DNA of 64,000 nucleotides from an uncultured Acidobacteriota bacterium (GTDB lineage Bacteria; Acidobacteriota; Vicinamibacteria; Vicinamibacterales; CAVVIG01), in the NCBI GenBank assembly GCA_963724695.1, contig CAVRVW010000007.1, forward strand, positions 46,503 through 110,502. Reading direction: 5' to 3'. Positions within the stretch are counted from its first letter, which is position 1; each line of letters begins with the position of its first letter. Under the pieces are notes generated by a model. That model was given only the letters and a program-made list of their open reading frames with translations, did not search any database and had not been told where the DNA came from. The position numbers and the translations under genes were made by a program. This document shows positions 7,064 to 16,461 of the stretch, piece by piece.

Positions 7064-10000
7064 ATGAGGCTGAGGCAACTGGTACAGCGAAGCCTCCTCC
7101 ATTACTGGCGAACGAACCTCGCCGTAGTCGCTGGTGTGGCCGTGGCCGTCACCGTGCTGGCGGGAGCGCTGCTCGTGGGCGACTCGGTGCGCGGGAGCCT
7201 GCGGGATCTGGTGCTGCAGCGGCTCGGCAACACCGAGCTGGCGGTCGTGTCGCCGGAGTTCTTTCGCACCGCGCTCGGCGACGACATCCGTGCGGATCCG
7301 GAGTTCGCCGCGGCGGGCGGTCAGCTGGTCGCACTCGTGGCGGTCGACGGCATCGCGATCGATCAGGCAAGCGGCCGGCGCGCGTCGCGCGTCTCGGTCT
7401 TCGGCGTCGACGATCGCTTCTGGGCCTTCCATGGCACCCCGCGCACCGGACCTGGCGGCCGCGAGGCGTTCTTCAGCCCGGCGCTCGCTCACGAGATCGG
7501 CGCCGAGCAGGGCAACACCGTGCTGGTCCGGTTCGAGCGGCCCTCCGCGATCCCGCTCGAGTCGATGCACGGGCGGAAGGATGATGTCGGACGCACGCTG
7601 CGGCTGCAGGTTGGGGCCGTGCTTCCGGCCGCCGAGCTCGGCGAGTTCTCGCTCCAGCCCCAGCAGGGAGATGTCCGCGCCGTCTTCGTGCCCCTCGCCC
7701 GCCTGCAGGAGGAGATCGAGCTTCCCGATCGCGCCAACGTGATGCTCGTTTCGGGTCGGGAGGGTCAGGTGGGTCAGGAGGGTCGGGCGGGCCCACGCCA
7801 AGCCGAGGATGAGCAGATCCGAGGCGAGGCGTCGGCGTCAGTTCGCGCCGGGGGTGGGGCCCCGGCGCCAGTGAGTAATGTTGACGAGGGCCTTCTGCAG
7901 TCGCTCATCCGGAAGCACGCGGCGCTCGACGACATCGGGCTCAAGCTCCGCGTGCTCGAGGCCCAGGGCGTGGTCGCGCTCGAAGCCAACGGGTCGCTGA
8001 TCGACGCGACGCGCGAAGAAGCCGCCATGGCAGCCGCAGAAGCCATCGGCGAGCGGCGGCCGGTGCTCACCTACCTCGTCAACGACATCCGGCTCGGCGA
8101 TCGCACAATCCCCTACTCGCTCGTCACGGCGATCGAACTCGAGACGATCGTGCCCGGCTTCCGGCGCCCCGACGCGAGCCTGCCGCCGATTGTCCTGAAC
8201 GACTGGGCCGCGAAGGACCTGAACTCGAAGGTCGGCGACCGCGTCACGCTCGAATACTTCGTCTGGGAGGATCCGGGACAGCTCGCCACGAAGACGGCGA
8301 GTTTCGTGCTGGCGGCCATCGTGCCGATGACGGGCGCGGCAGCCGATCGCGATCTCGCGCCCGAGTACCCGGGCATTACCGGATCCGACACCTTCGCGGA
8401 CTGGGATCCGCCGTTCCCGCTCGATCTGAAGCGCGTCCGCCCGGCCGACGAAGACTACTGGGAGAAGTTCAGGACGACGCCGAAGGCCTTCATCCCGGAG
8501 CTCGACGGCAGGGTGCTATGGCGGTCACGCTACGGTGAGCTGACCTCGATCCGCGTTGTGCCGAAAACGGGCACGGCGCTGCCGCAAGCTCGCGACGCAT
8601 TCGCGGCGGGCCTTCGCGACGGCCTCGATCCTGTCGCGGCGGGCCTCGCCGTCCGAGCGGTGCGCGAGGAAGGCCTCGCCGCGTCGCGCGGCGCCACCGA
8701 TTTCGGCGAGTACTTCACCTACTTCAGCTTCTTCCTGGTCATCTCGGCAGTGCTCCTCGCCGCGCTCTTCTTCAAGCTGGGCGTCGAGCAACGGGGGCGC
8801 GAGATCGGCCTGCTCCGGGCGGTCGGCTTCTCGACGCCAGCCGTGCGGCGGCAGTTCGTCGTCGAAGGCGCGATCCTCGCCGCCGTCGGAAGCCTCGCCG
8901 GCATCGGCGGCGCCCTGCTCTACGGCGAGCTGATGATGACGGGCCTCCGGACCTGGTGGGTCGGCGCCGTCGGCACCACGGCCCTCGTGCTCCACGTCTC
9001 GCCAGTGTCGCTGGCCATCGGCGCCGTCGGCGGCATCGCGGCCGCGGTCGCGTGCATCTGGTGGACGCTCCGTTCGCTCGCGCGCATTTCCGAGCGGAGC
9101 CTGCTCGCGGGCCAGGTGTCGCTCGATCCGTCTTCTGGCTCGAAGGCCGGAAGCCGCGTGAGCGCGCCGAGGCTGGCGGCAGGCTTCGGTGCGCTGGGTG
9201 GCGTGCTGATCGCCCTGGGGATCGTCGGCACAGTCGGCCGGACCGGCGCGTTCTTTGGCGCCGGCGGCGCGCTGCTCGCTGCGGCGCTCGCCGCGATCGC
9301 CTCCCGGCTGCAGATCCCTTCCGCGTCACCGCTTTCCGGCCACGGCTGGTGGCCGCTCGTGCGCATCGGCTCGAGGAACGCTTCGTTCAGGCCGTCGCGC
9401 AGCGTCCTGTCGATCGCCGTCGTCTCGTTCGCGGCGTTCATCCTCGTCTCCGTGGATGTGTTCCGCCGAGACGGACACGCCGATGCTGCCGATCGGCAGT
9501 CGGGCACAGGTGGATACGCGCTCCTCGTCAACACGGTGCTGCCGGTCGTCCAGGATCCCAACAGCGCCGAAGGCCGCGAGGTCTTCGGCACCCCAGCCGA
9601 TGTGAAGGTCGAGCCGTTTCGAGTGCGGCCGGGAGACGATGCGAGCTGCCTGAACCTCTATGCGCCGACGGCGCCGCGGATTGTTGCGCCGCGGCCGGCG
9701 TTTGTGGCCGAGGGCCGGTTCCGGTTCGCGGGCGTCCTGGATCGTGCGGACGAGGCCGAGCAGGCCAACCCCTGGCTGCTGCTGAACCGCGACAACCTCG
9801 GGGGAGCCGACGATCCGTCAACGATCGTTCCGGTGATAGGCGACGCCAACTCGATGACCTATGTCCTGCACAAGCAGGTCGGCGACGACATCGTCTTTCC
9901 CCATGCGGGTGGAGAGATACGCCTGAGAGTGGTCGCGACGTTGTCTGACAGCCTGCTGCAGGGCGAGCTGATCATGTCGGAGGCCAACTTCATCCGGCTC

Positions 10001-10540
10001 TTCCCCGACGAGGAAGGCGCCCGCTTCTTCCTCGTCGAAGCGTCCGCGGGCCAGGTCGAGGCGGTGATGACGGCGGTCGAGGACCGGATGAGCGACTTCG
10101 GCGCGGATGCGCAATCGACGGTTGAGCGCATCGCGGAGTTCCACCGGGTCGAGAACACGTACCTGTCCACGTTCCAGACCCTCGGCGGCCTCGGCCTGCT
10201 GCTCGGCACCGTGGGCTTCTCGGCGGTGCTCTTGCGAAACGTCCTCGAGCGGCGGCGCGAGTTGGCCCTTCTGACCGCCGTCGGGTACGGCCACGCACAG
10301 CTGTTCGCGATCGTCCTGTCCGAAGGCCTCCTGCTGCTCAGCCTGGGGCTGGCGGTGGGTGTGGTCTGTGCCCTCGTGGCCATCGCGCCCGCCGCGATCG
10401 ATCGCGGAGGCTCCCTGCCGACGGGCGCCAGCACGTGGCTGCTGCTCGGAGCCATCTTCGCCACGGGCGCGGCCGCCTCGATCGTCGCGACCCGGGCCGC
10501 AATTCGGACCCACCTGCTCGGCGCGTTACGGGCGGAATAG
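7064..10540 (+). CDS. FtsX-family ABC transporter permease with duplicated permease modules (YbbP-like)
   Basis: In-frame ATG at 7064 gives MRLRQLVQRSLLHYWRTNLAVVAGVAVAVTVLAGALLVG. There are two FtsX-like TM clusters (around FGEYFTYFSFFLVISAVLLAALFF and LSTFQTLGGLGLLLGTVGFSAVLL). The reading frame is intact over 3.5 kb. Confidence 0.8.
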   Translation: MRLRQLVQRSLLHYWRTNLAVVAGVAVAVTVLAGALLVGDSVRGSLRDLVLQRLGNTELAVVSPEFFRTALGDDIRADPEFAAAGGQLVALVAVDGIAIDQASGRRASRVSVFGVDDRFWAFHGTPRTGPGGREAFFSPALAHEIGAEQGNTVLVRFERPSAIPLESMHGRKDDVGRTLRLQVGAVLPAAELGEFSLQPQQGDVRAVFVPLARLQEEIELPDRANVMLVSGREGQVGQEGRAGPRQAEDEQIRGEASASVRAGGGAPAPVSNVDEGLLQSLIRKHAALDDIGLKLRVLEAQGVVALEANGSLIDATREEAAMAAAEAIGERRPVLTYLVNDIRLGDRTIPYSLVTAIELETIVPGFRRPDASLPPIVLNDWAAKDLNSKVGDRVTLEYFVWEDPGQLATKTASFVLAAIVPMTGAAADRDLAPEYPGITGSDTFADWDPPFPLDLKRVRPADEDYWEKFRTTPKAFIPELDGRVLWRSRYGELTSIRVVPKTGTALPQARDAFAAGLRDGLDPVAAGLAVRAVREEGLAASRGATDFGEYFTYFSFFLVISAVLLAALFFKLGVEQRGREIGLLRAVGFSTPAVRRQFVVEGAILAAVGSLAGIGGALLYGELMMTGLRTWWVGAVGTTALVLHVSPVSLAIGAVGGIAAAVACIWWTLRSLARISERSLLAGQVSLDPSSGSKAGSRVSAPRLAAGFGALGGVLIALGIVGTVGRTGAFFGAGGALLAAALAAIASRLQIPSASPLSGHGWWPLVRIGSRNASFRPSRSVLSIAVVSFAAFILVSVDVFRRDGHADAADRQSGTGGYALLVNTVLPVVQDPNSAEGREVFGTPADVKVEPFRVRPGDDASCLNLYAPTAPRIVAPRPAFVAEGRFRFAGVLDRADEAEQANPWLLLNRDNLGGADDPSTIVPVIGDANSMTYVLHKQVGDDIVFPHAGGEIRLRVVATLSDSLLQGELIMSEANFIRLFPDEEGARFFLVEASAGQVEAVMTAVEDRMSDFGADAQSTVERIAEFHRVENTYLSTFQTLGGLGLLLGTVGFSAVLLRNVLERRRELALLTAVGYGHAQLFAIVLSEGLLLLSLGLAVGVVCALVAIAPAAIDRGGSLPTGASTWLLLGAIFATGAAASIVATRAAIRTHLLGALRAE

Positions 10541-10700
10541 GCTTCGGGGGCTCAGGGCTTAGGGCTCAGGGCTTACGGCTCAGGGCTCAGGGCTCCAAGA
10601 GACGCGGGAATCAGTTTAGACTTCCGTCGAGGCTCTTCACCAGCCGTCAGCCATAAGTCCTAAGTCATGAGCCGAGGCTGAGCCATGAGCCCGAGCCCTC
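10541..10700. repeat. hairpin/array of ggctcaggg words
   Basis: ggctcagggcttagggctcagggcttacggctcagggctcagggctcc faces gagccgaggctgagccatgagcccgagccc. Confidence 0.75.
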
Positions 10701-10714
10701 TGGAGACGCGCTCT

Positions 10715-12002
10715 ATGCCCTTATTGATAACGTTGAAGCTCTCCGTAAAGCTCGCCTTGCTCCTCGCCTTCTTTGTGACCGCTTCGCCGCGCGCCGAGAA
10801 CTGGCCGGCGTGGCGCGGACCGTCGGCCAACGGCCTGAGCGGCGAGATCAACCTGCCCGTCAAGTGGTCGAAGACCGAAGGCATCACGTGGCGGCTGCCG
10901 CTTGCCGGCGTGGTCCGGCTCGACGGCCATCATCTGGGGCGACCGCATCTTTCTCAACGTGGCCGAGAAGGGCGAGGACCTTCACCTGTGGTCCGTCGAT
11001 CGGAACAGCGGGAAGATGCTCTGGAAGCAGCATCTGAGCGGCGGCAACCACACCGAGCGCAAGCAGAACATGTCGTCGCCCTCGCCCGTGACCGATGGCC
11101 GGCATGTGTGGGTGATGACCGGTACCGGCTTCCTGCGCGCGTTCGACTACGCCGGCAAGGAGGTCTGGGGCCGCGACATCCAGAAGGAGTACGGCCGGTT
11201 CGGCTTGAACTGGGGCTACGCGTCTTCTCCCCTGCTGCACGGCGACGCGCTCTACGTGCAGGTCATCCACGGGATGAGGACGGACGACCCGTCGTACATC
11301 CTGAAGATCGACAAGGCCTCGGGCAAGACGCTCTGGCGCCAGGAGCGGCTGACCAAAGCCATCCGCGAATCTCCGGACTCCTACACCACGCCGGCGCTGC
11401 TCCGTTACGGGACGACCGAAGAGATCGTGATCACGGGCGGCGACGTCGTGACCGGCCACGATCCGGCGACGGGCCGCGAACTGTGGCGCGCCGATGGCTT
11501 GAACCCGCAGAACAACCCGGCGTACCGAATCGTGGCCTCGCCCTTCGTCTTCGACGGCATCGTGTACGCGCCGACGCGCGAGCGGCCCATGCTCGCCATC
11601 AAGTCCGGCGGGCGCGGCGACATCACGACCAGCCACCGGCTCTGGTCGTTCGACAGCGGCCCGGACGTGCCCACACCGGTCACCGACGGCAAGCTGCTCT
11701 ACGTCGTCCGCGACAACGGCGTGATGTTCTGTCTCGACGCGAAGACCGGCAAGCCAATCTACGGTCCGGAGCGCCTGCGCCCGGCCACCTATAGCGGGTC
11801 GCCGGTGCTCGCCGACGGGAAGATCTACGTGACCAACGAGGACGGCGTGACGATGGTCGTGCGGGCGGGCCCGAAGTTCGAGATCCTCGCCGAGAACGAC
11901 TTCGGCGAGTACACGCTCAGCTCGCCGGCGGTGTCCGAGGGCCAGATCTTCATCAGGACCGACGCGGCGCTCTACGCCATCGGGAAACGCACGAAGGGCT
12001 GA
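10715..12002 (+). CDS. secreted PQQ-like beta-propeller repeat protein, one frame break near 10905
   Basis: Signal peptide [36 protein letters not shown] (piece 10685..11794), then piece 10902..12002 with propeller blades ([47 protein letters not shown]). Confidence 0.75.
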
Positions 12003-12009
12003 GACCGCC

Positions 12010-12324
12010 GTGGCTATCACGCCGGCGCAGCTGCAAGCCAGGATCGACGCCGGCGATCCGCCGCCGATTCTCGATGTAAGGTCGGCGCAGGAGTTCGCCG
12101 ACGGTCACGTGCCCGGCGCCGCGCATGTCCCGTTCTGGGAAGTGGTCGTCGGCGCCACGGTCCCTTTCCCGCCCGACCAGGAGCTCGTCGTTTACTGCGG
12201 CCACGGTCCGCGCGCCTACATGGCCGGCGCCGCGCTCAAGCGGCGCGGTTACAAGCGCATTACCTACCTGACGGGGCACATCACGCGATGGAGAGAGGAA
12301 CGCAGACCAGAGGCCAGGGGCTAG
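12010..12324 (+). CDS. rhodanese-like domain protein
   Basis: 104-aa ORF with ILDVRSAQEFADGHVPGAAHVP and the active-site loop VVYCGHGPRA. The 3' end overlaps the ggggctag word repeat at 12308-12356. Confidence 0.8.
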   Translation: MAITPAQLQARIDAGDPPPILDVRSAQEFADGHVPGAAHVPFWEVVVGATVPFPPDQELVVYCGHGPRAYMAGAALKRRGYKRITYLTGHITRWREERRPEARG

Positions 12325-12371
12325 GGGCAGGGGCTAGAGGCTCGGGCCAGGGGGCTGACTATAATTCGACG

Positions 12372-13391
12372 ATGGGCATGTCCGCGGGGCGCAGGGTTCC
12401 GATTAAAGCAGCGCTGCTGGCTGCCATGTTGGCCAGTCCGGTGACGACGGCGCAGACGCCCACTCAGCAACCGCGAAGCACGGCCACAACCCGTGACGGC
12501 GCACCTGATCTCCAGGGCGTCTGGACGATCGCGACGCTGACGCCGCTCGAGCGTCCGGCGCGATTTGCCGGGCGGGCGTCCCTGACCGACACGGAGGCCG
12601 CCGAGCTCGAGGCGCAGGCGGCCAGGAGCTTCGAGCAACAAGCTGCCGACCGCCCTCAAACGGCGGCCGTGCCGCGTGCGGGCGCGGCCGTCGGCAGCTA
12701 CAACCAGGCGGTCTGGGCCGACGCCAGAAGGGTCGTCTCGACGCGTCAGACGTCTCTCGTGATCGACCCGCCGGATGGACGGGTGCCTGTCCGGCCGGAG
12801 GCGGAACGGCAGCGCGACGCCCAGAACGCGCGGGCGACCGACGCGCACGACTTCATGAACGTCTGGGACCGGTGCATCACACGCGGCGTGCCTGGCGGAC
12901 TGTTCCCCGCCGGCTACAACAACGCGTACCAGATTCTCCAGACACCCGGCTACGTCGTCATCGTGTCGGAGATGATCCACGAGGCGCGCATCATCCCGAC
13001 CGATGGACGTCCGCATCGTGCCGCACACCTGCGATCCATCACCGGCGACTCCGTCGGGCACTGGGAGGGAGACACCCTCGTCGTGGACACGACGAACTAC
13101 AACGACAAGGGCACAATTGCGACCGCCTCGACGGCGGGCCGCATGCGGGGCGTTCCCCAAAGCGAAGCGCTGCACGTCGTCGAACGCTTTCGCCGGGTGG
13201 GCGAGGGCACCATCAGCTACACCGCGATCATCGACGACCCGAACGTCTACACCCGGCCCTGGACGGTGTCCATGCCGCTGACAAGAGATGACGGCTACCG
13301 CATCTACGAGTACGCCTGCCACGAGGCGAACTACGCGGTAGGCAACATCCTGCGAGGCGCGCGCCTGGGGGACGGCGAGGGCGCACGATGA
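12372..13391 (+). CDS. secreted conserved hypothetical protein (paralog of 28752..29801)
   Basis: Signal peptide MGMSAGRRVPIKAALLAAMLASPVTTAQ. Blocks shared with the paralog are DLQGVWT..TPLERP, SLVIDPPDGRVP, YNNAYQILQTPGYVVIVSEMIHEARIIPTDGRPH and YEYACHEAN. Confidence 0.7.
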   Translation: MGMSAGRRVPIKAALLAAMLASPVTTAQTPTQQPRSTATTRDGAPDLQGVWTIATLTPLERPARFAGRASLTDTEAAELEAQAARSFEQQAADRPQTAAVPRAGAAVGSYNQAVWADARRVVSTRQTSLVIDPPDGRVPVRPEAERQRDAQNARATDAHDFMNVWDRCITRGVPGGLFPAGYNNAYQILQTPGYVVIVSEMIHEARIIPTDGRPHRAAHLRSITGDSVGHWEGDTLVVDTTNYNDKGTIATASTAGRMRGVPQSEALHVVERFRRVGEGTISYTAIIDDPNVYTRPWTVSMPLTRDDGYRIYEYACHEANYAVGNILRGARLGDGEGAR

Positions 13392-13436
13392 GGCGGTCAG
13401 GCCGGAGGGCCTAGAGACCGTCGATGCTTTCGCGGC

Positions 13437-15563
13437 TCAGGGTACCACCCGAAACGCCACCAGGCTGACGGAGCCATCGCCCGAGAGCTCGAGCACATAG
13501 TCTCCGGGCCCGAGTGGGACCAGCGCCAGCTCCGCGCTCCTCCAGCGGCTGCCGTCGGGATCGGTTCTTAGAGTGGCCGTCACCGGAACGGGCATTTCCC
13601 TGCCGGTGCGATCGAGGAGACGGGCGACAACGGGTTGCGCGGCAGGCGCCGGATGTTCGACGCGCAGTCGCTCATTCCGCCTGAAGCGGCGATCGGCGGT
13701 TGGCACATCGCGATTGGCCGTGGCCGGGCCCCTTCGATAGACCAACGCGTCGCCCGGCGCAGGCGACGCGGGCAGCGTGGTTCGGACGATCTCCGTCAAT
13801 GGTCCTTGACCGGGGTCGGCTGGCCGCACCCGCACTCGGGCCACGTAGTCTCCACTCGCGATGGAGCCCGCCTTCGACAGCGCGATCATGAAGGTCCGCC
13901 GCCCCACGGGCAGCTGCGCGCGTCCCGTCGTGACCGTGTCACCGCTGGCGGTCGCGAGCGACACATCGACTTCCGCGCCTGCCTTCGCCGTGGCGGCATC
14001 AAGGTCGCCAACCACCCAGAACGTCGCCGCTTGTTCCCCGACCCAGCCGCCCGCCACCGACAAGCGCAGCGGCACGTCCCTCGCAATCGCGGCCAGGGTT
14101 GCAACGGCCGACGCGACAGCCGCGGTAGCCGGCAGCAGGGCGGCCGGGCTACGAGACCCGGCCACGGCGCCGGCGCGCGCAACCTCTGCGGCCGTCGCCG
14201 CCAGGTACCCCCGCCGCGCACGAACCTGCACTCCGGGGCGTCTGGCGCGCACGCGGATCTCGTGAAACTTTCCGTCAAGCCTGCCAGTCGAGTAGTAGCC
14301 GAGCAAGTAGTAGGAAGAGAGATCGTCCGTGATCCGTTTCAGGCCGGCGTCCAGATCGTTCGAGCTGGTAAACGCCATGCCGTCGGTCGCCGCCGCGAGC
14401 GTTCGCAGCGAATCCTGCCTCGCTCTCAGCTGGGCGCTGTCGACAGCCAGCGGAACGATGGTCGGCTCACCGGCCGGTCGAATGCCGGTACGCATAGTGC
14501 CGAGCGGGGTATCGAACACCACCAAACCGCGAGGATCGATCGGATAGAACGAGACATTGCCACGGTTCGCCTGATCGAGGATGGCTCTGAATGTTGCGTC
14601 GTTGTCTACCGCCGCCAGCATCGCGCGCTCAGCCTCGCACTGTGTCGTGCTCGAGGCCTGACCCGCCGCGGAACGCCCCGTCACCCCGCCTGTCGTCGGA
14701 TTGATGCCGCCAGGCGCCTGCGGCACCTGACACGCGAGTCGGCGGCCCAGAGTGCTACTCGGACGAAACAGCCTCCATCCATCCGAGATGACGACCACGG
14801 CTTTGCGTTCCTCGCGAACGCCGCGGAGAAACAGCACCAGATCGCTGAGCGCGTCGATGGTCTCCATCTCGGTGTATCGCGCAATCATCTCGTCCGCGAT
14901 CCCCCGGTCGTCGTCAGAGCACAGCGGCGTCGTTCCAAAACCGGGATAGCAGCGCTGATACTGCTCGAGGCGAGGGTCAGTCGGGCGATCGCGCTTCCCC
15001 CAGCCTGCGCCGCTGGACAACATCCCTTCGATCGTTTCGGTCTTCCTCGCGAACGTCACATCCGAGGCGGACATCTCCGGCGTCATGACGGCGACCAGAT
15101 CCTCGCTCCCGATCATCCGATTCAGCGCGTTGATGAGAGGCCGGCTGATCGCCGCTGAGGCTTCCGGCTCGACGTGGTTGACGTCGAGGAAGAGCACGAA
15201 GACGCGGGCTCTGGAGTTCTCGAGCATCGCGCGCGACTGCGCCACGCTGCCGGGTTCAACGCGCTCGGTCTGTGGGCGCGGTCGGCCCACGGCGATCCGC
15301 TCGAACGCCACGATCTTCTGCGGCACGCCGTCTTCGAGCACCTCGAGATCCTGGAGGGATAGGTCGTTGACGGGAACACCGCCGGCCGTGGGGTACAGGT
15401 CCACGCGAACGTAGTTCGCCTCGGTGGTGAATGTCGGCTGCGGCTGGTTCGGGCTCCCTTGCGGAGATCGAGCAGGGTCCTGACGCCCCGCGACCAGCGC
15501 CACGGCAAGGACACATCCCGCTGAAAGACCGAGCACCGATCGCCGATGGGTGTGAGTGCCCAC
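13437..15563 (-). CDS. VWA domain protein of the acidobacterial VWFA-related type
   Basis: Intact 708-aa ORF. The N-terminal block FTTEANYVRVDLYPT..GVPVNDLSLQDLEVLEDGVPQKIVAFE..VFVLFLDVNHV is typical of the VWFA-related acidobacterial domain (TIGR03436-like, recognised by eye). Confidence 0.8.
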   Translation of the reverse strand: MGTHTHRRSVLGLSAGCVLAVALVAGRQDPARSPQGSPNQPQPTFTTEANYVRVDLYPTAGGVPVNDLSLQDLEVLEDGVPQKIVAFERIAVGRPRPQTERVEPGSVAQSRAMLENSRARVFVLFLDVNHVEPEASAAISRPLINALNRMIGSEDLVAVMTPEMSASDVTFARKTETIEGMLSSGAGWGKRDRPTDPRLEQYQRCYPGFGTTPLCSDDDRGIADEMIARYTEMETIDALSDLVLFLRGVREERKAVVVISDGWRLFRPSSTLGRRLACQVPQAPGGINPTTGGVTGRSAAGQASSTTQCEAERAMLAAVDNDATFRAILDQANRGNVSFYPIDPRGLVVFDTPLGTMRTGIRPAGEPTIVPLAVDSAQLRARQDSLRTLAAATDGMAFTSSNDLDAGLKRITDDLSSYYLLGYYSTGRLDGKFHEIRVRARRPGVQVRARRGYLAATAAEVARAGAVAGSRSPAALLPATAAVASAVATLAAIARDVPLRLSVAGGWVGEQAATFWVVGDLDAATAKAGAEVDVSLATASGDTVTTGRAQLPVGRRTFMIALSKAGSIASGDYVARVRVRPADPGQGPLTEIVRTTLPASPAPGDALVYRRGPATANRDVPTADRRFRRNERLRVEHPAPAAQPVVARLLDRTGREMPVPVTATLRTDPDGSRWRSAELALVPLGPGDYVLELSGDGSVSLVAFRVVP

Positions 15564-15567
15564 TTGC

Positions 15568-15632
15568 CTGCTTCGTCGTGCTTTCGTGCTTTCGTGGCTG
15601 TGTCTTCGTGTCCTCGTGGCCCTCTTCTTCGT
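15568..15632. repeat. array of cttcgtg words
   Basis: cttcgtcgtgctttcgtgctttcgtggctgtgtcttcgtgtcctcgtggccctcttcttcgtgcc. Same family as 16385-16461, 32095-32130, 37482-37572 and 39742-39830. Confidence 0.75.
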
Positions 15633-15635
15633 GCC

Positions 15636-16313
15636 CTATGACACCCGATAGACCAGGAACATCTGCCGCGGCAGAAAATCGTGTTGCGCGGCCAGCGTGA
15701 AGCCAGCCTTCGTGAGCTCGCCTGTAATCTCTTCGGGCGTGAAGCGGAACTCGACGGGCGGGCCCTCGGGCGCGTCCTTGCGGAAGTCGATGATGGCGAG
15801 CCGCGCGCCAGGGTTCATCGACTTTCGCAGCTCCCAGAAGTACGCGCGACGGTCCGGGATGTGGTGGTAAGTGTCGACCACGAGCACCAGGTCCACGGCC
15901 TCTGGCAGGTTGGTGCGGTCGGCTCCCGCCTGCACGACGACGACGTTCTTGAGCCCTTCCTTGGCAGCGCGCTGGCGGACGTAGTCGACCATCGACTTCT
16001 CGATGTCGACGGCGAACACCTTCGGCGTCGCTGAAGACTTCGCCAGGCGCACCGTGAAGTAGCCGGTGCCGGCGCCGATGTCCGCCACGCTCTGGCCCGG
16101 TCGGAGACCGAGCGCGTCGATCACACGCGCGGGCATCTGCCACGCGTCGCGGGCCGGATCGTCGAACTGCTTGGCGTACTTCTCCGCGTCCTCGAAGCGA
16201 TGGTCCATGTGCCCGCCCTGAGCAGCCGTAGGGGCGCCACCGTGCTGGTGCTGAGCGACGAGCACGGCGCCGGCGCCGATCAGTCCGACCGCCACACAGA
16301 TGATTGTCTTCAT
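15636..16313 (-). CDS. class I SAM-dependent methyltransferase with N-terminal signal/anchor
   Basis: SAM-binding motif VADIGAGTGYFTVRLA. The N-terminus is MKTIICVAVGLIGAGAVLVA. Confidence 0.85.
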   Translation of the reverse strand: MKTIICVAVGLIGAGAVLVAQHQHGGAPTAAQGGHMDHRFEDAEKYAKQFDDPARDAWQMPARVIDALGLRPGQSVADIGAGTGYFTVRLAKSSATPKVFAVDIEKSMVDYVRQRAAKEGLKNVVVVQAGADRTNLPEAVDLVLVVDTYHHIPDRRAYFWELRKSMNPGARLAIIDFRKDAPEGPPVEFRFTPEEITGELTKAGFTLAAQHDFLPRQMFLVYRVS

Positions 16314-16334
16314 TCTGCCCCCCCTAGGAGGTCA

Positions 16335-16461
16335 CTGTACTCCAGGCTCAGGGCTCAGGGCTCAGGGCTCAGGGCTCAGGGCTCAGGCTTTCGTGTTTTC
16401 GTGTTTTCGTGGCGTCTTCGTCGTGTCTTCGTGTCTTCGTGGCCAATCTTCTTCGTGCCCT
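16335..16461. repeat. compound array: ggctcag x6 followed by cttcgtg words
   Basis: caggctcagggctcagggctcagggctcagggctcagggctcagg, then ctttcgtgttttcgtgttttcgtggcgtcttcgtcgtgtcttcgtgtcttcgtggcc. Confidence 0.85.

Noticed and set aside
16335-16461. CRISPR array hypothesis for the tandem word repeats (also 29840-29945, 25426-25544 and 10541-10700)
   Set aside because: The repeat period is only 7-9 nt. There are no unique spacers of 25-40 nt, and there are no cas genes in the window.
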